NCBI GenBank assembly: GCA_018985225.1
Contig: JADGIF010000487.1
Location: forward strand, 1-7,778
DNA length: 7,778 bases
Direction: 5' to 3'
Source: Amoeboradix gromovi X-113
Taxonomy: Eukaryota > Fungi > Sanchytriomycota
Shown here piece by piece: positions 1 through 7,463 of the stretch (positions within the stretch are counted from its first letter, which is position 1; the number at the start of each line of letters is the position of its first letter). The position numbers and the translations under genes are program-made. A model generated the notes under the pieces. That model did not search any database. It saw only the letters and a list, made by a program, of their open reading frames with translations, and was not told the DNA's origin.

Positions 1-28
1 TACTGTTGCTTCAACTTTCTTTCTTGTT

Positions 29-61
29 TTACATGCTGTGCACATTGTTACATGCTGCGCA
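29..61. repeat. Imperfect direct repeat TTACATGCTGYGCA x2, period 19 nt
   Basis: TTACATGCTGTGCA (29-42) and TTACATGCTGCGCA (48-61), 13/14 identical. Confidence 0.6.
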
Positions 62-304
62 AAGCTTCCTCTATTTGCAGAGCAGATTGTTCTCGTCATC
101 AGCTGCAGCACAACAATGTTCACACTGAGATTTTAAGTGACCATTCTCAGACACCATCAGGATATGCGCGATACAATTGCACTCCACTGCATCGTAGACC
201 ATGCTAAATTATATGACACTTTTTGTTAATATGCCTCACAAATTGACAAGTAACGAGTGTGTCCAAAAGAACATAAGGCAGTTTCCCATTGTGAAGTCAG
301 CTTA

Positions 305-310
305 TTTATT
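305..310 (-). terminator. Polyadenylation signal AATAAA of GCD6
   Basis: Overlaps the TAA stop (TAATAAATA). Confidence 0.6.
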
Positions 311-1778
311 ATCCAGAATCACTTAAGTCTGTGCTTGATTCGCTTTCAGGACTTGAGTCACTCTCAGAGCTAGATTCTTCTTGTTCCCATTTTTTTACTA
401 CTTCTCGACATTTTTTAAAATAGTCTATAGTCTCTGTTGCTTCAATCACCTTCATTGTATTTTCTGTAAAGCCTGGTTTTAACTCAATCCATTCAAACAA
501 CGAGTTGTTCAATACGTCAGCCTCCCATAAGACATTTATCACATTAGTCAACAAACTGCTTGAAATCTTGTTCCTTTCCATGTCCATTATTAGTTCGTAT
601 AGGCAATGAAATTCGTCATCTACAGTGTGAGTAAAGTCTTTTAATAGAGTCAATAAGTGGAGATACTTTTCACTGGAAAAACATTTTGGAGAAATAGTTC
701 CAATAATTCCAGATCTCATTTTGTCAAAATTACAGTTTAAACTCATTCTTAGTGTCCTCAACTCTATTTTAACGTTCTCCATTGAATGATTTTCGTTTAT
801 TAATCTAAAAATTGTATCCTTTATTTCTAATACCTCATCCTGTAGCAACTTGTTGACAGAATCCCCTCTTTTAGATTTTGTGATCATTGACTTGTATAAA
901 TCAATCTCTTTCAAATCCGAATCCAGAGACCGAATTTCGTCATTCTCGATGACAGAATTCACTATAACACAACCAGCAGCAATATTACTGTTACAGATTA
1001 TTGAATTCTTAATTGTACAGTCTTTTCCAATGGTAGAATTCTCAATATAAGAGTGCCAATCAATATTGCACGATTTAGGAATACTGGAATCTATTATAGA
1101 CGGTGTAAGGTAGTCTCTGAGGTACTTGGAATCGCTCAACTTGTAATGATCTTCAATAGCTACTCTAGAGTCTAGCGAAGTGTTCTGCATACAGAATTTA
1201 TCTGCTTGAACTAAATTAAACTGTTTGTCCAACAGCTCACTTTCTAAAATACCCTTAATAAAATCATCCATTGTTTGGTAATCAAAGTTCTCTGTAAACA
1301 GCAATGGAACATCTGGAGCACAAATCATACACATTGCATGTCTAATTGAATTTTGTACTGTAAACTCATTAATAGCTGACGGAAGGTAAATGTAATCTGA
1401 ACTTACAGAATAATGAAGAAGATCGTTATCGTTGTACACATGTATACCATGCTTGCCAGGTGCAACTATTAAAGTCATGACAATTTGAGGTTTATTCTTT
1501 CGTTGTTCTAGGTGCTGCTTGTATATAGTCTGAATATCTAGCTCATGAACAAGATTTGAAGCTAAAAAAATGAAGTCATTTTTTATCATACCAGTTGTGT
1601 CTAAATGCCTAAATAAGTCACCCAAGCCCATGGCATTTAAAGGCAAAGTTTTCCCGAATAAAACTTTATCAGGGTTGTCCGTGTATACGTAAGTCTCGTC
1701 AACATTTAGATCTATGCTTATGTTCTTATTGTCAGAATGCAGCAGTACGGCAACTGAGGTCTGGGTTTGTGGTTTCAT
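309..1778 (-). CDS. GCD6: Translation initiation factor eIF2B epsilon (catalytic GEF) subunit, shortened (489 aa)
   Basis: Pyrophosphorylase-like N-domain (LGDLFRHLD..GMIKNDFIF; VMTL) and hallmark NF motif (ICAPDVPLLFTENFDYQ, N164-F165). Short hexapeptide beta-helix (IENSTIGKDCTIKNSII..IAAGCVIVNSVI), W2/HEAT domain with the catalytic-Glu motif KIELRTLRMS (E339), AA-box-like LWEADVL, and a Ser/acidic tail. Recognised from recalled Gcd6/EIF2B5 motifs, no search run. Confidence 0.93.
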   Translation of the reverse strand: MKPQTQTSVAVLLHSDNKNISIDLNVDETYVYTDNPDKVLFGKTLPLNAMGLGDLFRHLDTTGMIKNDFIFLASNLVHELDIQTIYKQHLEQRKNKPQIVMTLIVAPGKHGIHVYNDNDLLHYSVSSDYIYLPSAINEFTVQNSIRHAMCMICAPDVPLLFTENFDYQTMDDFIKGILESELLDKQFNLVQADKFCMQNTSLDSRVAIEDHYKLSDSKYLRDYLTPSIIDSSIPKSCNIDWHSYIENSTIGKDCTIKNSIICNSNIAAGCVIVNSVIENDEIRSLDSDLKEIDLYKSMITKSKRGDSVNKLLQDEVLEIKDTIFRLINENHSMENVKIELRTLRMSLNCNFDKMRSGIIGTISPKCFSSEKYLHLLTLLKDFTHTVDDEFHCLYELIMDMERNKISSSLLTNVINVLWEADVLNNSLFEWIELKPGFTENTMKVIEATETIDYFKKCREVVKKWEQEESSSESDSSPESESSTDLSDSG

Positions 1779-1899
1779 AAAATCACTCCTAGTGCAAGCA
1801 CTGAAGAGTCAAACTGTGGAAAATTGACTTTATCAAACAGAAACGTTAAAGCCACATGCTATCATGCATTAGTAAAAATTGTTAATTTAGGGGTTAATT
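1779..1899. promoter_or_regulatory. 121-bp divergent (bidirectional) promoter region of GCD6 and symplekin
   Basis: Head-to-head start codons at 1778 (-) and 1900 (+), with an AT-rich block containing GGGG at 1870-1899. Confidence 0.65.
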
Positions 1900-4332
1900 A
1901 TGTTGAACAATATCTTTTTGCAAACACTAGGAGCACCAATGGAATATCCCAATGCAGGTGACAATCAACAGCAGTTCTCAAAGCTTAACACAGATTTAGC
2001 AAGTGCTATGTCTCTCTTTCAGTCATCTCAAATAAATAATAAATTGCAGGCTATTCCATTGCTATGTAACATCTTGCATATTTTGCTCGAGATTCAAAAG
2101 CAGCCTAAAAAAGCTAAATTTATCGACGTACAGATATTATCATCTACAATTAGCCAGCTGCTGCAAGTCATTAAATCCGATTTCAACAATCCTATAATTT
2201 CTACTTGTATGATGAATTCTTGGTATTTTTATTGTCATAATGATATGCTGGGTGATATAATATCCCATTTCATTGGGCTTTTAGATAGTAATGAATCCGA
2301 GTTATGGGTTATCAAGTCTATGCTTAGAGGATTGTTTATGCATGCAATGAAATTAGATCGTACGCTGCTGCCTATTGTAACACCAGTTATGGTTCGTGAG
2401 TTGAACGTAGATGGACAAGAAGTGATGCGTCAAATTAAACAAGTGAATAGACAGGCACCGGTTCAAGTAATGAAATACATAAATCCTACGCAAATCAACC
2501 ATTCTTTCACCTCTAGGACTGATGCATTTGAACTTCTAAATCAGCTAAGTATGACTCCTATTAGCAGAATTGTTGAATCAATCACCCACATTCTTACAGA
2601 TGTGGGTGACGATTTGTTCCAAAGTGTGATTCAAAAATCTTTGCTGGTTGAAAAGTCTCTTCCGGTTGCCGAAGTTTCTGCACCAACTGATCCTAGAGTA
2701 AGGTTTGAAGATTCTAATGAATTAGACCAACAGGTAGAATTAAAAACCGACATCTCTGATAGTAAAGAAGCCCTAAGTGTTCTACTGTCAGAAATAACAA
2801 ATTATTCAGACTACTTTACAAATGAAGAAATAGATGTTTGGAAGTCTATATCTAGCTACATATATGCTAGACACTTGCATAACACTGTCAAGCCGACTTC
2901 TGATATGGATGTTGATGGCCTTGTTGAAAACGAGGATAATGTTGATACAGCAGATTCTATGTCCGAGATCGTTTCTCAGTTACAGGATCAAGTTCATGTG
3001 CTGCTTAAAATTGCTTATTATTTGTATTACAAGACCGAACTGTACGAAATATTTGTACATTTGGTACTGCGCATTGGAATTAAAAACATCGTGTTGTTTA
3101 TAAGTGAAATACCGTATATTAGTGATGCAACATTAGATTTAATTGGAAATGAACTCATTGGTAGTGAATTACAGGAATTGGCCATTTTACAGTCTATAAT
3201 CAATTTTAAACCAAAGCAGCGTTTAACTGCTATAGATTACTTGTGCAAGTGCAGCATATCACCTAATAAGATTATAAGAGCCCAATCCACAACTATATGC
3301 AACTCGTTTGTTCAACCTCAAATCAAGTCAATAATAAGCAAGTTTGCGATTCAAAATTTTGAGCTAATTGATTTCAATGACCCAGAGCTGATATCTCAGC
3401 ATGTCGAGCTGTTCATGAGTATGTTGATCAAAGATGCCATGTATTTTAATGAGTTTATTCGTGTTTATTTGAAAATTGAACACAAACAAGAGCTGCGTCA
3501 ATTGTTCATGATTTACCTTACGCAAATGGACAACTATGATGAGTTACTCGTTCAAGTAGAAAAGCATGCACCCACTTGCCCAGAACTGGTTTTAGATATT
3601 GTTCAACATTTACAGCAGCCTAGCAAAGTTTTGTTAGAGATGACTAGAAGGCTAGTAGACAATGGGTTTACGCCTAGAATACTGATACCAGTCATCCACG
3701 CATTTGCAAAGCCTGATTTACTACATTATCTGCCATTTATATTTAATGAACAAGAGGAACTACCAAAAGACAAAGCAGTGGTTGAATCACCAGTTAAACA
3801 GTGCCTAACAAGAGTGCTAATTACAATACAAGACAACAATGCTCATTTGCTAACTCCTAGTGAATTACTGGTCCTAGTGCATAAAAGCGAATCAGTTTTA
3901 GCGGACCCGACGGGTGCACTAGCGGACGTCCTGGACTTGAATGAAGTGCACACTGAGCCTGTGCTGATGATCACTTTAAAAGAGCTGATTACTCTGGACA
4001 CAATACCTGAATTGACAATGATTACGGTGCAGTATTGTATAGAGAACCATGAGAAGATGATCAAATTTATAACCAATGAACTACTAGCAAGTATGGTGAG
4101 GAAGATGATCTGGAACAGTGCCGGTTTGTGGAGTTCTTTTAAGCATATTTGCGATATTACACAGCCACAATGTTTTGGAGTCGTTTTGGATTTGCCTTTG
4201 ACGCCATTTAAAGAACTTTGTGAGGACAAGCCAACAATAAAACAAAAGTTAAAGAATTTGATTGGTAATAGTACGCATCTAAGACATTCTAAAAGAATTA
4301 GGCCTCTATTGCCAATATTAGAAGCAAACTGA
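1900..4332 (+). CDS. SYMPK: Symplekin / Pta1-family mRNA 3'-end processing scaffold (810 aa)
   Basis: Long helical-repeat-like ORF whose C-terminus matches the symplekin C-terminal domain (LTPSELLVLVH; IPELTMITV; LASMVRKMIW..LWSSF..C..TQPQCFGVVLDLP). The start could be ATG 1900 or 1939. Confidence 0.88.
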   Translation: MLNNIFLQTLGAPMEYPNAGDNQQQFSKLNTDLASAMSLFQSSQINNKLQAIPLLCNILHILLEIQKQPKKAKFIDVQILSSTISQLLQVIKSDFNNPIISTCMMNSWYFYCHNDMLGDIISHFIGLLDSNESELWVIKSMLRGLFMHAMKLDRTLLPIVTPVMVRELNVDGQEVMRQIKQVNRQAPVQVMKYINPTQINHSFTSRTDAFELLNQLSMTPISRIVESITHILTDVGDDLFQSVIQKSLLVEKSLPVAEVSAPTDPRVRFEDSNELDQQVELKTDISDSKEALSVLLSEITNYSDYFTNEEIDVWKSISSYIYARHLHNTVKPTSDMDVDGLVENEDNVDTADSMSEIVSQLQDQVHVLLKIAYYLYYKTELYEIFVHLVLRIGIKNIVLFISEIPYISDATLDLIGNELIGSELQELAILQSIINFKPKQRLTAIDYLCKCSISPNKIIRAQSTTICNSFVQPQIKSIISKFAIQNFELIDFNDPELISQHVELFMSMLIKDAMYFNEFIRVYLKIEHKQELRQLFMIYLTQMDNYDELLVQVEKHAPTCPELVLDIVQHLQQPSKVLLEMTRRLVDNGFTPRILIPVIHAFAKPDLLHYLPFIFNEQEELPKDKAVVESPVKQCLTRVLITIQDNNAHLLTPSELLVLVHKSESVLADPTGALADVLDLNEVHTEPVLMITLKELITLDTIPELTMITVQYCIENHEKMIKFITNELLASMVRKMIWNSAGLWSSFKHICDITQPQCFGVVLDLPLTPFKELCEDKPTIKQKLKNLIGNSTHLRHSKRIRPLLPILEAN

Positions 4333-4354
4333 ATAAATAGCGATTAAGTTTATT
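4332..4354. terminator. Back-to-back polyadenylation signals of convergent genes
   Basis: AATAAA on + at 4332-4337 overlaps the symplekin TGA. AATAAA on - at 4349-4354 lies 6 nt after the Med19-like TAG. Confidence 0.65.
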
Positions 4355-4360
4355 TTTCAA

Positions 4361-4753
4361 CTATACTCTTTTCTTCCGCTTTTTAGAGGGTTTCGAAGAG
4401 GCCGATTTGCGTTTAAATGGTACAGGTACTTTAGTTTCTGGTGTATTTACTTGAGATGGAGATGGGGGCTTATAATCAGTATTTAACAATTCTACTTTTT
4501 TAATTTCTTGAGATTGTATTACATTGATGCTTATAGAGTCTAATTCGGCAACTTTAGGTAGATCTTTAACCATTACGTCCCTTAAGAAATTTGTTGGTTT
4601 ATATTTACATTTGAATTCAGGTAAGTAATTACTAGCTTCTCTAGGCATTTCTTGCAGGGTGTAAGGAGGCTCCTTGCTTATATATGGTAGGATAAGGTTC
4701 TTATACTCCTCAGGTAACCCTAGTAGATCGGCTATCCTTTCCAATTTGTTCAT
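4361..4753 (-). CDS. Small basic nuclear protein, probable Mediator subunit Med19/Rox3-like (130 aa)
   Basis: The ORF track starts at a TTG (4771); the first ATG is at 4753 (MNKLERIADLLGL...). Segments LLGLPEEYKNLILPY, SNYLPEF and NFLRDVM resemble recalled Med19 blocks (L..YN.F, SNFLPDLPG, SLRSLI). The Lys/Arg tail KRK..SKKRKKRV is NLS-like and typical of Med19. AATAAA lies 6 nt after the stop. The gene itself is likely; the product call is tentative. Confidence 0.55.
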   Translation of the reverse strand: MNKLERIADLLGLPEEYKNLILPYISKEPPYTLQEMPREASNYLPEFKCKYKPTNFLRDVMVKDLPKVAELDSISINVIQSQEIKKVELLNTDYKPPSPSQVNTPETKVPVPFKRKSASSKPSKKRKKRV

Positions 4754-4804
4754 GAGTATTGTTTCGTCCAAGGTAGAATCAAATTTTAATTTTATAAAAA
4801 ACTA

Positions 4805-4810
4805 TTTATT
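4805..4810 (-). terminator. Polyadenylation signal AATAAA of the Axl2-like gene
   Basis: 5 nt after the TAA stop. Confidence 0.6.
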
Positions 4811-4815
4811 TACAG

Positions 4816-5919
4816 TTATAGTATATACGACGTATCCGAAATAAGAGAATTCCTTACTTCTTCGTCATACTGATACTCCACAATAATTTGCAATATTTTT
4901 ATCGCCAGCCCCCATTTTCTTACAATCACTATGTAGGTACCTAAATCATCCATATTGGGATGCAGCATTAAAACGTCCCCGTCTGATATGAAGTCAATCC
5001 ATTTTGGAAGTGACTCTCCTGACACTAACCCAACAGTGACTCCAGGCTCAGCAACTTGAACTTCCATAAATGTTTCATGTTTAGACATGGGTGCTATTTT
5101 GATGGTTTCCAACTGGATAGGTTCGTTTAGAATATGATTTATATCAATTGTGTGCCGATTCTGGCCCATATCCTCCTCCTTTAAGATCATGTCCTTTGTT
5201 AGAGATGATGGAATCGGAGATTTAATTGCTTTTATACTTTCATCCTTGGAGTTTATAGCTTCGCACGCTGAGTCCTGATCGCTAGTAGAAGAAATATTTG
5301 AATGCTTAGTATCAAAAACAGTTAAACTAATCTTGTGATGCGGCTTTGACATACAGTGAGCAGTTATTATGCTGTAAACTAAAACTACAACCAAAAATAC
5401 ACACAATACCATAACCTGATTTGGGTTGTATTGTTCGACTTTTTGAAATGGTATATCGAATAGCGTATAACCACCAAATGAATCTGAAGCGTTTATTTTT
5501 AAAATCCCTTCCATTTGTTGCACACTATTCACATTTCCAAATATAGTAGAATTTTGAATCTTAATGGCTTGATAGGATTCATTCAGTAACGAGAAGTGTA
5601 AGGGGTAATTACTTTTGATGATTTTATCAAGGATACTGAAATAACTAATATTTTGGAAATCAACAAATAAAAGTGTAGTGTTTCCTTGGATTTCTGGTAA
5701 TTGTCTTCCATCTACTATAACTGATAATAACTCACTAGTCCTGTTGTTGTACTCTACATTTAACAGAACTGATGAGCTATCGTTCTTGGGATAGGTAAAC
5801 AGATTTTCACCTGCAAAAATAAGATATTTTGGAAGAGGTCCATCTGGATAAACATTAATAGATTTGGCATTCTTGACAACAAACTTCCGAAGCTCTGAAG
5901 AGGTAATTTCAAATTTCAT
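4816..5919 (-). CDS. Single-pass membrane glycoprotein with dystroglycan-type cadherin-like (CADG/He_PIG) repeats; Axl2-like
   Basis: TM helix at aa 169-187 (VMVLCVFLVVVLVYSIITA). Seven N-x-S/T sequons precede the TM and one follows it. CADG-like motifs GPLPKYLIF, DGRQLP and INASDSFGG lie before the TM, and GESLPKWIDF..HPNMDDLGTYIVIV after it. The 5' end is uncertain because no signal peptide is visible. Confidence 0.65.
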   Translation of the reverse strand: MKFEITSSELRKFVVKNAKSINVYPDGPLPKYLIFAGENLFTYPKNDSSSVLLNVEYNNRTSELLSVIVDGRQLPEIQGNTTLLFVDFQNISYFSILDKIIKSNYPLHFSLLNESYQAIKIQNSTIFGNVNSVQQMEGILKINASDSFGGYTLFDIPFQKVEQYNPNQVMVLCVFLVVVLVYSIITAHCMSKPHHKISLTVFDTKHSNISSTSDQDSACEAINSKDESIKAIKSPIPSSLTKDMILKEEDMGQNRHTIDINHILNEPIQLETIKIAPMSKHETFMEVQVAEPGVTVGLVSGESLPKWIDFISDGDVLMLHPNMDDLGTYIVIVRKWGLAIKILQIIVEYQYDEEVRNSLISDTSYIL

Positions 5920-6082
5920 TGAAACGCCAAGATCAAACGTTTAAATTTGGAATTCATATTTGAGCCTGTTTTTCAAAAAATCAAAAGAAATCTCTACTAG
6001 ATGAAGGAAGCGAAGCTTTGAAATTCAGCTCAGTTAAATGCATGTTAGACAGGTACTCGGATCAGCGTTAGGTTTAATCAAT

Positions 6083-6101
6083 TTTATTAAAATTATTTAT
6101 T
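6083..6101 (-). terminator. Tandem polyadenylation signals AATAAA of NDT80
   Basis: AATAAA at 6096-6101 (5 nt after TAA) and again at 6083-6088. Confidence 0.6.
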
Positions 6102-6106
6102 CTAGC

Positions 6107-6202
6107 TTATTCATTGTTAGAATGTGCATTTTCTGGAATTTCTTCCATTTGAAATGGGGATACCGATCGCGAGACAGGCGCACTCATTGAGTAATATAAT
6201 GC

Positions 6203-6235
<33 letters not shown>

Positions 6236-7372
6236 CGCCAATGCCGGATCCATATAATATAATTGCGAATCCAAATATAATGACGAACTGGCACTTCTGG
6301 TATCATTATGTGCTAAGTGTTGTAAAATTTCATTGTTGTAATGATTCATACTGGGGGTTGCAAAATTACTCATTTGCTGAGACATTTGCTCTTGAATCTT
6401 TTGCATTTGAGTTGAAAATTGTTCAAGAGATTCTAAAGATGGAACTTCAACATCATAATAATCCATTGGGGCAGAGGATGGTCTAGGAGGATGTTCCCGA
6501 GTGTAAAAAGCACCATTTGCTGACGGTATTTGCATTGCATTCAGCTTTGTAGGCGACGGTGGTAGACTTCCGTTATTTGATTGCATACCAATTGATTTGG
6601 GTGAGTATGGAGCGTAGTAAATTCCACTGGAACCGTCGTTAAAATTTCCATAGTTTTCATAATTCATTGGGCCTCCCATAGCTCTTTCCGCTTGAGTATC
6701 ACTGTAATGTCCTGGTGATCTACCGCGAACAACCAAATGATCGCTAATAGCAAACCCAATCCTTTTTTGAACAACATTTCCATCGACTTCTACGTCTGCT
6801 AACACTTCTAAAATTAACATAAAAAATTGTTGCTGTGCTCTTCGCTTACCATTATTTGCAGTAGCGCTTTTAAACTGAATTCTATCAAAACATGCTATAG
6901 ACTGCGCAGAAGTCAGTGAGTTGATATTTGAAAGACTTCCTCCAATTGTTATCTTTTTGGCTTGTGGTGTTCTCTGTGGACCCTTGTCTCTCTTGGCTGT
7001 ATGTTGCACAAGCTCGATATTCTTATCAGTTGATGCGACTTTTGCCACAAGGTTGACATAAAAGTCAATTACTTTGCAATGCGTATTATTGATCATGACT
7101 GTTGTGTTCTCTAAACTAGAAATGGAATCTTCACCCAATAATTGTAAAGATGTAGATAGCTGAAAATAATTTCTACGATAGCAGGTCCAAAAGTTATTTG
7201 CGGTAAAAAAACCTTTGTCCATCCTTGCTTCCAGAGACATCTGAACTGGAACTCCATCATTGTAGATTGATTGCTCATAATGAAATTGACTGAATTCGGG
7301 CCCCAAGTCAGTGTACTTTCTTCTGTAAAATGATTTGTTGGCAGAGATTGAATCAATTTGTAACTCGTGCAT
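6107..7372 (-). CDS. NDT80: NDT80/PhoG-family transcription factor (421 aa)
   Basis: Canonical Ndt80 DNA-binding motifs: ARMDKGFF..WTCYRRNYFQ, IELVQHTAKRDKGP, FDRIQFKSATANNGKRRAQQQFF and LVVRGRSPGHY (ends aa 223). Low-complexity S/P/Q/M/Y C-terminal half with Q11. The family is clear; orthology to meiotic Ndt80 is not proven. Confidence 0.95.
6203..6235 (-). repeat. Coding microsatellite (CAGCAA)4-CAG-CAG-CAA encoding Q11
   Basis: Read directly; in frame within the NDT80 C-terminal region (ALA-Q11-ALYY). Confidence 0.95.
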
Positions 7373-7463
7373 TTGGCTGTGTTACTTCTTTAGGATACTA
7401 CCGGATATAAATATATTTTCAGTTCCTAAGTTATCTACTGGACGAATTAGAATAGATTTCAAG

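Noticed and set aside
55-66. AGCTTTGCGCAG on -, matching the recalled 5' end of U4 snRNA
   Set aside because: Similarity stops after 12 nt, with no U4 K-turn stem-loop or U6-pairing stem I sequence following.
110-160. GGTGTCTGAGA on -, resembling part of a TPP riboswitch
   Set aside because: The P4/P5 signature (GATCTGGATAATxCCAGCG) does not follow, and there is no thiamine gene nearby.
237-243. CACAAAT, an MSE-like Ndt80 site
   Set aside because: It is a single short match with no assignable target gene; similar heptamers occur inside coding regions.
1761-1786. Putative 26-nt intron GTGATT...CCCAG linking an upstream frame (VALTFLFDKVNFPQFDSSVLALG) to GCD6
   Set aside because: The upstream frame has no ATG before its stops, the donor is weak, and the unspliced N-terminus already aligns with the first conserved strand.
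1787-3881. TCCTAGTGCA present in both the divergent promoter and the symplekin CDS
   Set aside because: A 10-mer match is expected by chance in 7.8 kb.
6020-6085. Possible C/D box snoRNA on - (TGATTA...CTGA...CTGA)
   Set aside because: The C box is non-consensus, the terminal stem is weak, and I recognise no rRNA-complementary guide. snoscan would be needed.
850-7356. Shadow ORFs 850-1050(+), 1767-1961(+), 2834-3103(+), 3843-4229(-), 6124-6486(+), 7111-7356(-)
   Set aside because: They are antisense or out-of-frame to well-supported genes and have no motifs. The AVAVAVA run is just the reverse strand of the polyQ repeat.
309-7372. Alternative genetic code (TAA/TAG read as Gln, as in some aphelids)
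   Set aside because: The long ORFs contain no internal TAA/TAG, Gln is CAA/CAG throughout, and TAA, TAG and TGA all end genes next to AATAAA.
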